A stretch of DNA of 58,888 nucleotides, counting the filler, from Sphacelaria rigidula (Eukaryota): NCBI GenBank assembly GCA_964200075.2. It is 8 parts of 8 records of this genome, joined end to end, with 100 filler letters (N's around TTAATTAATTAA, not from the genome) between each part and the next. Parts side by side here need not be neighbours in the genome. Positions count along the whole stretch, not along the records: positions 36,870 to 44,142 come from CAXNAA020015676.1; positions 44,243 to 51,515 come from CAXNAA020015677.1; 6 more parts are not named here. One strand, written 5' to 3'. A program made the translations under genes and the position numbers. The notes beneath the pieces are model-generated. The model did no database searches. It was not told the DNA's origin and saw nothing but the letters and a program-made list of their open reading frames with translations. Below, in pieces: positions 38,442 to 50,155 of the stretch; within the stretch, counting starts at the first letter, position 1, and each line of letters starts with the position of its first letter.

Positions 38442-38539
38442 CCCTTAGACCGCGAGCTTAGTCTTCTGTTGAATCGGCATCAATTTCAAGTGAAAAAAAG
38501 TATGCATGATCCAGAAAGACTAATCTCGCGGTCTAAGGG
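38442..38539. mobile_element. 98-bp piggyBac-like MITE with TTAA TSD
   Basis: TTAA|CCCTTAGACCGCGAG ... CTCGCGGTCTAAGGG|TTAA. Absent from the paralogous copy at about 37775. A partial relative lies at about 13077-13158. Confidence 0.9.
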
Positions 38540-39267
38540 TTAAGAAGACGGTGTGAGCGATTCGTACTGCGTAGTCTACAACTACAACGGACAAGCATTA
38601 CTACACCTGGCTACATTGCCATTTCGTTAGAGGTCATGACTTCTTGCACCACATTTATGGGTGGCATGTTGGGAAATTATCACGATGCGACCTTGTCTGT
38701 TGTTTGAAAGTGTTGCCTACTGCTGTACTGTTGTGCTGCTGTAATACTGCACAACTGACTGTCTGTACGGGATCGCTGCAGTTCACCGTACAGTACCGCG
38801 ATGTACTGTTGTAGGGTTCTGCATCGCGGTATGTACTCTACACTGCACTGGCTGTATGTACTCTACACTGCACAACCCCTACAGCACTACAATACCATGT
38901 GGTGCACCGTGGTGGATTGAAGTACAACAGGTGCAATGTAGCGTCGTGTACGGCACATACGGTGCCGAAGGGTACAGTACAGCAAGTTCGGTGTTGGCTG
39001 GTGCATTTTCAAACTGCACCTGACTGCACGCATGGGCGATCGCACTTTCATTTGGCGGCGCAACCTGCGGTCAATCACTGCGGGAAGAAAAAGTCCACAT
39101 CAAGCCACGTCACATCAGCTTCCGCTATGAATTTTCTAGCGTCCACGCTGAAGTTTCAACGCTTCTACTCTACACTCTGACTCTATGATCAGAAACAAAA
39201 TCATCCGAAACTCTTTATCATCACAACTGTGAGTGCAACTTATGCCGCTCTATCATGAGCAAACGAT

Positions 39268-39648
39268 AGCCGGTCGCACCGGTGGCTCAGTTGGTAACCG
39301 CGACACCTTCTGATGGTTGGGTCGTGGGCTCAAATCTCGGAGCGATTTGGGATTTTTTCTCACACCACGCCCAACAGTGGAGAGTGACTCGTATGTCGTG
39401 GGTACACAACATTCGACTCAACAGTCCACGAGGGAAAGAGACTGCTGTACATCTCTCGCCATAAAAAATAAAAAGCACCGCAGAAGGAAGGTGGAGTACT
39501 AAAAACAAATGAAAAATAATAAGCTCCCGTGTTGGACCTTTCTCCTGTGTGACCCCGGCTGGTGCGTCCAACATATACCGACAGATAGATGTAGCCGGCA
39601 TCCAGAATATATATGATGACAACACACCCACACACACATACTGGAACA
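39268..39648 (+). mobile_element. Full-length tRNA-derived SINE (family 1) with 8-bp TSD
   Basis: A box TGGCTCAGTTGG, degenerate B box GGCTCAAATC and a CA-rich tail. CAAACGAT is duplicated at 39260-39267 and 39649-39656. Confidence 0.9.
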
Positions 39649-39778
39649 CAAACGATGCCGATTCATCATGAGTAGTATCATGGGGGGTCGAAGAGTCCAT
39701 CATAGCAAGTGCACCTGAAAGACGCCGGCATAAAAATTTTCTGGCATGTAATAATTAGCATAAAATAGGGTCCACTAC

Positions 39779-40150
39779 TGTGTGTGTGTATTTGTCCCAT
39801 CTATTCTGGACGCCGGTGTACACCTTTCGGTACATGTGGGCGCACCAGGCGGGGTCACGCAAGAGGAATGCCAACACAGGTGTTTTTTCTTTTTTCCTTT
39901 TTCTTCTTTTTAGTACCACACCTTCCTTTTGCGGTGCTTGTCCCTTATTTTTTATCGCGAGAGGGGTCGAGTACTCCCTTTCCCTCGTCGACCAATTATG
40001 TCAAATTTTGTCTACCCACGACATAGCCGCTGTCCACTGTTGAGCATGGTGCGAGCAACAAAAAACTCCCACGTCACTCTGACATTTGAACCCACGACCC
40101 GACCGTCAGAAGTTTCCGACGATCAAACTGAGCCACCGGGGCGACCAGCT
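39779..40150 (-). mobile_element. tRNA-derived SINE (family 1), inverted relative to the 39268 copy
   Basis: (TG)n tail at the left, reverse-complement head ...AACTGAGCCACCGGGGCGACC at the right. Confidence 0.88.
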
Positions 40151-40269
40151 TCGGAATGTAGGCGCAAATTATGCCAGTTCATCATGAGCAAACAATGCCG
40201 ATTCATCATGAGTATAATTAGAAGGACCCATGATAGCAAGCGCATGATATGCGTATTCGTTCTTGTAGG

Positions 40270-40690
40270 AAGGTCGCCCAGGTGGCTCAGGTAACTTCGA
40301 CACTTTCGGACGCTCGGGACGGACGTGGATTCGAGTCTCGGTGAAGTAAGTCACACAATGTGGGATTTTACCAACACTACGCTCAACAATGGCAGATGGC
40401 TCAGTGGTAACCTCGATACCTTGCGACCGTTGGGACACGGATTCGAGTATTGGTGAAGAAAAACGATTTCGGATGTTTCTGACATCAAGCTCAACACTGG
40501 AATGCACGTGTCGTGGGTACACGGAATCTGAATTGACGGTCGACGATAGAAGCAAAGGTACTGCTGAATCCTCTACGCGATGAAAGCAAGGCAAGCGCTG
40601 CGGGAGGGACGTGGAGTGATGAAACAGAGCAACAACAAACCCCTGCAGGGAGAGAAGGGCACATCTGATGCGCCCACATATTATACCGAA
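40270..40690 (+). mobile_element. Two further diverged SINE family 1 pieces
   Basis: Heads GGTCGCCCAGGTGGCTCAGGTAAC...GGATTCGAGTC (about 40272) and TGGCTCAGTGGTAACCTCGATACC...GGATTCGAGT (about 40397), plus body sequence. Confidence 0.7.
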
Positions 40691-41300
40691 AGCAAGGCTG
40701 GCTCCCATAACAGGTGGAACGACGCCCCCGCCGACGATCTCCTGGCATTGCGATGAGGAGAGACACACCCAATGAAACGGTGCGCTTTTTTTTCGAATAG
40801 AGTGCTCCACGGTTTTTCAGCAACATACTCGTAGAAGTAAGTTGTAAGTGCGCGTGCGTATCACGTGCTGTGGAGTGTTTCGGTTTTAGCTCGAAGGCCC
40901 ACGCAATTACTCCGCGGCCCAAATACCTTGTCAAATCAACGCCCGACTCGAGAGTTTGATGGAACTGGTCGACAAAATCTATGGTTGACCAAATACTTGA
41001 TTCGAGCTCTCTGTCAACGTACAATTCCCTCGGGACGGTTGTGTTCGTCGCCCTTGCCGGACGTTTCTTGATATGCCTCCGGTTGGGTTGGTTAGGTAAG
41101 GGTTAGGGTTCAGGTTTTTAGGGTAAGCTTTGGGGCTTGAAGCAAAGCATTATCAAGATCGAAATTATCGACCACTTCGTACAAATCCACATCTGGGTAC
41201 AGACAGTCTGTAGTACCATCAGCATCTTCTGCGAGAGGTAGCCGATCTTGCATGCCCAAGTGTAATCGTAGACCGACACGTTTCGATTCACTGGTCTTAC

Positions 41301-41681
41301 CTTGAGCTTCAGGGTAGAAACCGCAGCCTCGGGCGAAGAAGCCACATCGCCACCGTGTATCTCGAGGACGCACCCATCGCGAAGCCAAAGCTTCGTGTGA
41401 AGGGTATATTCTCCCTCGTCGTCCGTTGTAACGTAGTCAGGCAACGCCTGATGGATGGCTTGAAGGGTCACCCGACATCTCTGTCCGCGAATCTGAATAC
41501 CACCGTTCTTATCTTGAATATTGGACGAAGTGCAGTCCGTTGGGGCAATGCAATCTTCTTCAGTGCTGCAAACATTCACCCCGTAGCAGTCATAGTCGTT
41601 GATGCAGGCCGCCGTTAGTCGGGAGGTGCCTAAGAACGCAAGTGCTGCTGCAAGTGCATTGCGGGTTACCTTGGCTGGCAT
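41301..41681 (-). CDS. MC5E: Secreted mannuronan C5-epimerase (alginate-modifying enzyme), first coding exon, 127 aa
   Basis: ATG to a strong AAG|gtaaga donor, 381 nt. Signal-peptide-like MPAKVTRNALAAALAFLGTSRLTAA, then Cys-rich CINDYDC...CSTEEDCIAPTDC, then GIQIRG..CRVTL..IH..LP.YVT.D.EGEYTLHTKLWLRDGCVLEIHG....SS..AAVS.LKLK, which I recognise from brown-algal C5-epimerases. No catalytic exons were found in the fragment. Confidence 0.75.
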
Positions 41682-42084
41682 TTTTGTTGTAACACCCCTT
41701 CCCGCCTTCTTTGCCGCAGAGCTTATGACCTCGTCTCCAGGAGGGAAAACAGTTGCAAATGAAACACCGGAGGCACAGAGCGAGGTAGAGAAGGCTGACG
41801 GCTGTGGTCATCATCGTCTTTTTATTACAGAACGTTTTTGTCTCCCATCGAATTTTCTGCAGACAGATTGAAGATGCGGGTTTTTTTCTGCAGGCAGATT
41901 TGGATATATTCGGTCAGTAACAACCCGTTGGACACAGGGGTGAGAGAACTTTTGCAACGACATCATGAGACTTTTCGCTCGAGTCTCCCGGTGCACATTG
42001 TGCCAACATAAGGAAAAACAAGGCGCCTACAACACTACTGTTGTTGTATCACGGACTACTGTTCGTGCTTCGGGATAAGTGCGA

Positions 42085-42750
42085 CATCGTGGACGCAGGT
42101 TGCCCAAGATGTGTCCGAATGGTCTCGAGATTTAGAGGAGGGGGCTAACTTGTACATGGCAGCTTGGACGAAAGCACGCCACGCTAGAGTACTTACGGCT
42201 GTGCTACCACTAGATAAAAGAGCTCCCCCAGTGCCTACCGAGGACCTCCAAAGAGAAACCGTAGTCCATCGGGTAGTACACTCACTAGTGCACCTGCGGT
42301 ATTTCCGAAAAGCTGCGGTGGTGGTCTATGAGGGTGCCGGGTGCCTGGGGTTATTTTTGAGTTACCCCCAGCTCGGTGGCCTTGCTAATCCCTTCGTGAC
42401 ATCTGTCTTTTCTCGTCTTTTCTTTTCTTTCCTTTCCCTTGTTCCCCTTTTCTATCGGTGTGTTTTTCTTTCAGCAAATCTGAGGTTCTTGTGTTTTTTC
42501 TCTTCACGTTGTTAAACTCGGGGAAGCTATGTACCTCTCATGTTTTTTCTTGGCGTCTCTCTTCGTATTTTCATGTTGGTAATGTTTTAGTTGATTGCAC
42601 TTGTTCTTCTAATTAGGCTGGAATCTAAAAAAAATGATGTTGAGCTTCATGTCTTCTAAGGAATAGCAGGGATGGCATTGGAAAGACGAGCCTACGTCTG
42701 TGACCACGGGTTCGAGAGATCGGACTAATAATGTACGAAAAAAATAAGGG
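42085..42750 (+). mobile_element. 5'-truncated RTE-like LINE (ORF C-terminus and 3' UTR)
   Basis: WTQVAQDVSEWSRDLEEGANLYMAAW matches the RTE C-terminal W...A.D...W pattern. The tail TACGTCTGTGACCACGGGTTCGAGAGATCGGACT matches the reverse complement of about 17634-17670. Confidence 0.75.
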
Positions 42751-43103
42751 GCAAGAATATGTCGCGGAGGACTGAAAACACTTTGAAATTAAATTACCTG
42801 AAAATAGTGTATGCGTTATGAAATTCGGCCCGTACCAATGGACCCACCGCCCTCCGCGGCACCGAGTTCATGGGTGTACAGGTTGTCATGAAATTATTCA
42901 ACTCAAGTCATCTATTTTTTCGTTGTTGTCCATGATTCTCGAGCGGATTTAACCGGGATTTCTGTGTTGGTGTACACAAATGCGCTACTCGTAGTCAAGC
43001 CCCATGTACCGCAGAGAGATCAACAAGGTTGAATTGTTCGGGGTTTTTTATGTCGAGGCCCAGTCTGAGCTTCACTTCCGTCCGCCAGCTGGCGCAAAGG
43101 TAC

Positions 43104-43436
43104 AACCGTTCGCCCCGGTGGCTCAGTTGTTAACCTCGAAACCTTCTGACGGCGGGGTCGTGGGTTCAATTCTCGGAGCGATCACACCATGCCCAACAGT
43201 GGAGAGCAACCATGTCGTGGGTATACAAAATTCGACTTAACGGTTGACGAGAGAAAGGAACCGCTGAACCCCTCTCGCAGAAGGAGGGTGGGGTACCGAA
43301 AATAAATAAAAAAGAAAAAGGTCCTGTGTTGACCTTCCTCCTGTGTGACCCCGACTGATGCGTCCACATATATATACCGGAAGGTGCGGACCGGTGTCCA
43401 GAATAAATGGGACGACAACACACACAGCACACACAG
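43104..43436 (+). mobile_element. tRNA-derived SINE (family 1)
   Basis: CGCCCCGGTGGCTCAGTTG..AACCTCGAAACCTTCTGACGG...GGGTTCAATTCTC head and CA-rich tail. Confidence 0.88.
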
Positions 43437-43456
43437 CTGGCTACAGGCCGGAACAG

Positions 43457-43718
43457 TGTTGTGTGTGCTCTTGTCCCACTTACTCTGGGCACCACCAGTG
43501 TACACCTTCCGGTATATGTGGGCGCAGCAGCCGGGGTCACACAGGAGGAAGGTCAACACAGGACCCTTTTTTCTTTTTTCTTTGTTTTTAATACCCCACC
43601 TTCCTTCTGCGGTGCTTGCCTTNNNNNNNNNNCAGATCACTCCGGGAATCGAACCCCCCTACTCAACCATTATTAGAACGTTACGAGGTTACCAACTGAG
43701 CCACCGGGGCGACCGGCT
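43457..43718 (-). mobile_element. tRNA-derived SINE (family 1), tail-to-tail with the preceding copy; contains a 10-N gap
   Basis: Reverse-complement body and head ...GGTTACCAACTGAGCCACCGGGGCGACCGGCT. Confidence 0.82.
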
Positions 43719-44559
43719 TACAGTAGTAGTCCAGTATCTCGAAGAATATTTTCACAAGCACGATGTCACCATGAAGCAAGGTTATACGGTCCACCTTCGA
43801 AAGGGGGCGGTGCTCTAGCACTCGGGGTCGCACACGCAAGAGAGATACATGTTCACGTTAGCTGCCCTACGTTCGGTGTGTATAGTGCTTGGTCGTCTTC
43901 GCCATTGCATCTCTAAATAATTTCTGCCGCGGCACCAACTGTATCTTTACCGCAAGATGCGCCAACCCTGGCCAGCCGGTGGGCATCGCGTGAGTACTGT
44001 CTGTACGGCACCGATCAATACGAGCCATCAAGACCAAAAGCACGACGGCCATCAATAGGCAGCCAGCAGCATCATACAACAAATTGTGCGAATTGAGGTC
44101 TAACTCCGAGATGAGGCTCAAGCCTAAAACAGTGCTTTCCCCNNNNNNNNNNNNNNNNNNNNNNNNNNNNNNNNNNNNNNNNNNNNTTAATTAATTAANN
44201 NNNNNNNNNNNNNNNNNNNNNNNNNNNNNNNNNNNNNNNNNNCGTCCCGGCATTGTAGGGATGCGAGGTCAATGGTCTGATGACTATGGCATGCATGATC
44301 ATGAGTACACCCCCCCTCTCTGTCTTGTTCGTACTTTTCTTTTCTTCTCTTCCCCTCCATTATCTTCCTCTCCGGCTTTACGTCCGTGAGTGGTTTACTG
44401 TCTGTGTATTTTACCTTGGGTACGTGTACACGTTTATAGTATACATTGTGACCCCTTGTGGAAAATAACTCATGGTGGATTACTGCATGTGCGGACGACC
44501 AATCGATCACTCAGCCCATCAATCAATTGACCATGATAATTGAACATCGTTCGATGCAG

Positions 44560-44718
44560 GTCAACGGGAGCTGTAACGTCAACTGGGAGAATTACACCCT
44601 CGGAGGGGATGATGGGGGAAGCATGGACACGATTGCTTTCGCCGGACGGCTACTGGCTCTCTTCGTCGTCCTTTCTCCAGTCATCGACGTGACCAGTGTC
44701 TATCCGCTCGACGTCATA
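44560..44718 (+). CDS. TMEM104: TMEM104-like amino acid transporter family protein, internal exon (VNGSCNVNWENYTLGG...AGRLLALFVVLSPVIDVTSVYPLDVI)
   Basis: tgcag acceptor, gtaagt donor, 159 nt, phase 0. N.NW..Y and FVV..P..DV.S.YPL match the TMEM104/AAAP C-terminal helices. Confidence 0.78.
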
Positions 44719-44998
44719 GTAAGTTCAATCTCTTACAGTATCATGTCCTCTCGACGTCATGGTCAGCTTAACTGTTGACAGTGTTTTATTTTTTCGCCCT
44801 GGAATGGACTGCGAAAAAATTGGGATCTTTTCTGCAGTATCAATCTGTACCTTGAATAGGACCATACGTGCATATAGCACGTTCCTCACGTTCGTGGGAG
44901 TTCGCATTTCAGATCCCCTTTACGATATCCAAGGGAAAGTCATTCCTCACGACCAACGGCGTGCTATCGTAGCGACCTCTGATCCCCATGCGGGGTAG

Positions 44999-45314
44999 AA
45001 GCTCTCCAGGACGACCCACGTACGTGTGCTCCGCACTGCATCCACGAATCTAGACTTTTTCTTTTTTCCCTTGAAAGAAGCTAGCCTGGTCCGGCGAGAA
45101 CCCGGCGTGCTCCGTCCCGGCTTTGTAGGGATGCGAGGTCAATGTTCATATGATTATGGCATGCATGATCATGAGTACACCCCCATCTTGAAGGAAGTAA
45201 ACTCACCCCAGCACTCACCCCGCCAGCGGGTTCGTGTCCCGATTACCTGAAGGCTCGGCTGGACCGCCTAGTGGCAGTCATGTGGGGTAGGCGCCTCGAG
45301 CGTTCGGAGAGCTT
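44999..45314. mobile_element. Short TIR element in an intron; part of it is duplicated at 44243-44313
   Basis: Ends AAGCTCTCC ... GGAGAGCTT. The internal CGTCCCGGC.TTGTAGGGATGCGAGGTCAATG...GATCATGAGTACACCCCC recurs at the fragment start. Confidence 0.55.
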
Positions 45315-45649
45315 CGCTCAATATAAGTGTGGGGTCGAATCCACTACAACCCCCTGTGAATTTTGCGCAGTACACGCTCTGCCCTACTCTTCATGAGCCG
45401 GTCCTAGGACGAATCTCGACCGCTGACAGCACCAGCACAACGCCCGCTTGGGCAAATCATCCGCGAGAACATGCTGCGGTCATTTGGCCACAACGGTAGT
45501 CGATTTTGATCCGCCTGTGGATTATATTCAGTAGACCGTCGCACCACAAGGACAGATGGAAATTCCGGACCGTCGTGATCATGAGCTTGTCGTAAAGATG
45601 GCTTGACAAGGTGTTCTTACAAATTCATTACTACGAAATGACGCTATCG

Positions 45650-46800
45650 ACCCGCAGCTCATACAGGTCCCATAGCTCACCCAGGGCAAACATGTGCAGC
45701 TCATGTAGTCCTCACAGCTCACCCAGGGAAAACATATGCGGATGAGCTACGCTCGACAGCTCACCCGAGGCAAATATGTGTAGCTCACGAAACTCTTGTA
45801 GCTCACCCGGGGAAAACATGAGCGGGTGAGCTACGCCCGGTAGCTCACCCGAGGGACACATGGTCGTGGCTCACTCACTTCATATGCCTAGCTCGCCGCT
45901 AGCCAACCCCGTGTCGCTTATAACGTGACATTCTTGTTCGAACGTATGACGCCACATATCATTAGGTTGTAATGTTTAGCCTCACTCTTCGCGATAGGAA
46001 GAAAAGACGCCAGCACATATCCTCGTTTGCTTGGTCAGGTAGTTGAAAATATATTTTAATATTCAGTGTCTACAATATTCGGCCGATTCATTTCTTTTGA
46101 TCGGTTGGCCGCTAGGGTACGAGTGCATCTGGCCTTGCATACGTTTTTCAAGTGAAATTGGAGCCGATTCAACGGATGATTCATGCTCGCCGTCAAGAGG
46201 TTAGCCCTTCGACCGCGAGGGTTGGCAATCTGATAAAATCAGCATAATTCACTTCATTTTTCGGGTGTGAATGATGCCGATTCAGAGACCTCCTACCCTC
46301 GCAGTCAAAGGGATGAGCAATCGTAGCTCTCATAGCTCTCATAGCCCATCCTGGGCAATTATTCGCAGCTCACCTAGCTCTCATAGCTCATCCTGGGCAA
46401 TTATTCGCAGCTCACACAGCTCTCATAGCTCATCCAGGGCAAACATGTGTAGCTCATGCATCTCTCATAGCTCACCCGGGGCAACCATGCGTAGCTCATG
46501 CAGCAGCTCTCATAGCTCACCCAGGGCTAATATGAGGTGATGAGCTACGGTTTGGTAGCTCACCTATCGCAAACGTGCGCAGCTCATACAGCTCCCATAG
46601 CTCACTCAGGACGAATTCAAGCTGATGAGCTACGGATTTGTAGCTCACGTACGGTGAACATCCGCAGCTCATACAGCTCTCATAGATCACCCCAGGAAAA
46701 ACATGCGTAGCTCATGTAGCTCTCATAGCTCACTAGAGAGCTACGCTCAAAAAGAGCTAGCGAGCTATGGGGAGCTGATCTGTCCGACGTGTGCAATATT
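45650..46800. repeat. AGCTC-rich minisatellite blocks, probably the interior of a non-autonomous DNA element
   Basis: Units of about 40 nt (TAGCTCACCCAGGGCAAACATGTG.AGCTCAT) at 45650-45900 and 46315-46780. The block ends in CTGTCCGACGTGTG, the inverted terminus of the element at 51037-51248. Confidence 0.75.
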
Positions 46801-47393
46801 GAGTACACATGCTTTTTTGGGAGTGTGAAGCGGATACAAATATCTTGAGATCCCCAATGTGATGAGCGGTGGCAAGCGAGAGCGCCTGGGAAAATCGTCA
46901 ACTCCGAAGAATTTACGAAATGAAACGTTGAGGCGCGCAGTACTATATTGCTGATTTATTGGTATTTTAACGAAACGAATATCCAATACGTGTATGTATA
47001 TTGTAAACGTGAAACCAACACACACCATCGTACTGTTTTGGCAATGGTGCAATGTGTTGACCGTTGCAGTATCGTTTCGATGAATCTCTATCCGTTATCC
47101 CAGTGTCATGATCGGCTCCTGGGTGTATTTTTGCTCAACCTTCAACGACGTGACCGGTCGTCTGTAGTGGTGACCAGTGCCTACCTCGACTGAAATGTTA
47201 GTGACTTGTCCTAATGTATCATGCCAGCGTCATGGGTCGTGCTCCATGTTCTGTGCTCGCATGAATACAAGAATAATTGTCCCATATTGGGGGAAAATCT
47301 TCGTGGAAGTTGAGTTGGAGACCGAGGTTGCTGCAGGACCCCAGCAACGCGAGGAAACTCCCGACGGTTTTATTTTTATCATGGGAACCTCAG

Positions 47394-47553
47394 GTGACTT
47401 CGAACAACGTGGTGGCGGCGATCTACCACGATCGCGTGGACAACGCGGAGACGGACCCTGTCATCGTCAAATCATATCGGGTAGCAATCGCCTTGCCACC
47501 CTTGCTCTGTGCCCTGGTTCTTCGAGACTTCGCCAAGATCGTTGACTACGCCG
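47394..47553 (+). CDS. TMEM104: TMEM104-like transporter exon (VTSNNVVAAIYHDRVDNAETDPVIVKSYRVAIALPPLLCALVLRDFAKIVDYAG)
   Basis: ctcag acceptor, gtatga donor, 160 nt, phase 0 to 1. NN...R....PP...A....D...I.DY.G pattern, in frame with both neighbouring exons. Confidence 0.82.
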
Positions 47554-47804
47554 GTATGAAAATTGTATTTTAAACTCGCGGCAGGGGCAGTAAATAACAG
47601 TGATACACCCAGAAGGTTTTTACGCGATTGAGTTTGTGAATTTTCGTGTACATACGGTTCGTCATCACCCGGTGTATTACTGTGCCTCTTTCACACAGCA
47701 AGGTCTCCAACAAAAAAGAATGTCCTATATAATACCATGTTGCCTTACACCGATCCTGTTGTGGTTGTTTTTATTGTATTGGCAGTGTGTCGTGGGAGCA
47801 TTCT

Positions 47805-48790
47805 TGGTTGGTTGGTTGATTGATTGATTGGATGGTTGATTGGTTGATTGGCTGATCAACTGCTTGATCGGTTGATTGAATAACTGATCGATTGATTACT
47901 TGATGGATTGTCGCACCTGACCTGATCGCCCAGAGATCCTGCCGTGGCCATTGTCCGCATGATAAACGTACCCGAGATAAAAACACAGAACGGAAATAGT
48001 CGCTGAAAAACGTGAACAAAACAGAAAATGAGAACAGATAAGCGGAGTACGCTAAGGAAAAAAAAGAAAAAGTTGTGATATTGTGAACTTTTGGCGTTCG
48101 GGAGGTTGGAGCTAATTCTTTGTTCAGTCCTTGCTCGCAAATGTCCGCGTGCTGTCCGGTCAGCTCGTGAATGCCGCGGGAGTCATGAAACCGTCGGTGT
48201 GTTCAATGGGTTCTCTCTCATACGTTTTTCTTTGTGTGCTGTTGTATGTAATGATGAATGATTTGATTGACAGTCGCACTTTCTTTGATCCCCCAGGAGT
48301 TATGATCCAGCCGTGGTCATTATCCACATGATGGACGTATCCGAGACCATTGACATGAACTGAAACTCTCGCTGGAGAAAGTGAAAAAAAGAAAGAGCAG
48401 ATGAGCTGGAACAGATAAACAAAATAGAGTGTGAAAGAAAAAAGAAAGAAAAGAAGAAGAAATACGAATACAATGTACGTACGTACAGCTTTTGTTCTGA
48501 AAAGTACCCAGTTTTTCCGTCGCTGCCAATGTAGGGACGCGAATTCGGCATTTGTCAATTCTATTTTTACAAGAGTCGCGAACGACGATGCAAGGATCCG
48601 GGAGTGCTGATCCGCTTCCGCGATACGAGAACACACATGAGGTATATTCTCTACCGGGGGAGATGAGAGTTGATATTCGGAGACTACGATCACTGCCAAG
48701 GAAAGGGAGGCGGCAACGAACACATGGCGGTAAAGAGGAGAAAACGTGCATACTTTTGTGTACTGGTAAAGCCGACGCCAAGCCACGAGA
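47805..48790 (-). mobile_element. Two LINE-type 3' ends with (CAAT)n tails, in an intron
   Basis: A (TTGA/TTGG)n microsatellite at 47805-47910 followed by GTCGCAC...GATCC.GCCGTGG..ATGA...ACGTA.CCGAGA. A second copy starts at about 48255. Both are homologous to 28640-28730. Confidence 0.7.
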
Positions 48791-50155
48791 GTCAGGTCAC
48801 ACTTCTGTCAGTGTATTCACACGAAGTAGTTTTGTGTATCAATTTGTTTCTCTTTCTCCCTCTCTGTATACATGTACATGCTCTCTTGCCAACTGACTCT
48901 CCATTGTACGCTTGGGTGATCAATTTGCTCTCTGAAATCCTACGAAAAACCTCCTCCGACGTGACCCACCCTTTAACAATACAGCAGCAGTATCATTTTA
49001 TTGCAAGGATGAACATCCTGCGTTAGTATTTGAATTTCATATATGGGTTCTCTTGCACGTCTCCCAAGCAGTCTGTCGCGACAAGACACCATCGGTCCGG
49101 AGGTTAGACTCATACTGCCTGTTTTGTGCATGTTACTATCGTGGGTGTTATACGTAGTATAACACCCCCGACGTTAAAAATATCCGCTACAATAATGATT
49201 AACTTTTTCCACGGCCGTCGTGCCCCGCTCCTGAAAGGTAATGTATCTATATCATGCATAAGCCAGTTTGGGCCCGAGTACAGCAGCAAGTCCAACCATC
49301 AACGAGTACGGATAGTGTTTTTTTTCACTGGTTTCCGTTGGGGAAAGGATAAGACCGTGAGTTGACGATAAATTGGGTGGGAGTCAACCAGCTACCGGAG
49401 TGTTCCATTCTATGTACCGGAGGAAAGATGGGTTCAATCCCTTCTTGAGAGACAACGGGTTCGTCCCGCGAAGGCCGGGGGGGGGATATAATGGCGAGAA
49501 AAAAAAGGACGAGGCCCTCGCACGACTTGTTCCTTTCGCCTGCCAGATGATTCCGATGAGATATGTATTTGTACTCCGACAGGATAGTCGCCGGAGTGCC
49601 CGCTCCGGCAGTTTCTCGAATAATTGAGCTGTTTTTTTTTTTGTCGGTCCGGGTGTCACGCTAACCTACGGACGGCTTGTCCCAGAATTGAATTGTTTTA
49701 TTGATTGTGTAGAAGCCCCTTTCCCCCCGCTCCCTTTTTTTTTTCAGTGCCGTTGTCGTTCAGGCGAGGCGAATCCACAACATCATTTATTTTTGTTTTT
49801 GGTTGCACGGCTGATGTACATTTCCATGTGTCGGAATGTTTTGCGCCGTTTTTACGTTGGGACTAGTAGCGGATCAAATTATGTGCAAAATCCAATCAAA
49901 TCAAGCCAACCAATCAAATCATTCTACAATATCGCACCCGATTTCTCGCGCACTATTCCTCGGCAGCGAGCGCACGCCCAGTAAAATGTCATTTTCTTCT
50001 GCTGAATGACTACTAACTACTATCCACGCCCCTTGATCCGCAATTTGTGCGGTCTGTTAACCTTCTTGTCTTCGACGCTTCAACCCCCCCACTCTCCCTC
50101 CCTGTTGATTTGTTGTTCACGTCTCTTATCTTGTTTGTTTCTTCCTCCTCCGCAG

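Larger units (their letters stand above)
37610..38782. repeat. Old local direct duplication of about 400 bp (37610-38008 and 38252-38782)
   Basis: Colinear similarity, for example TCACGAAGTAGAAA..AGAAGACCTC..CGCTTGGTTGTG..TTCAAATGC and CTACACCTGGCT..TCATGAC.TCTTGCACCAC in both copies. Confidence 0.85.

Noticed and set aside
39268-39345. tRNA genes at the SINE heads
   Set aside because: A and B boxes are present, but no convincing cloverleaf is evident, and each head is attached to a repeated body, a tail and in one case a TSD.
46271-46540. Ser/His-rich 89-aa ORF
   Set aside because: It is a translation of the AGCTC minisatellite.
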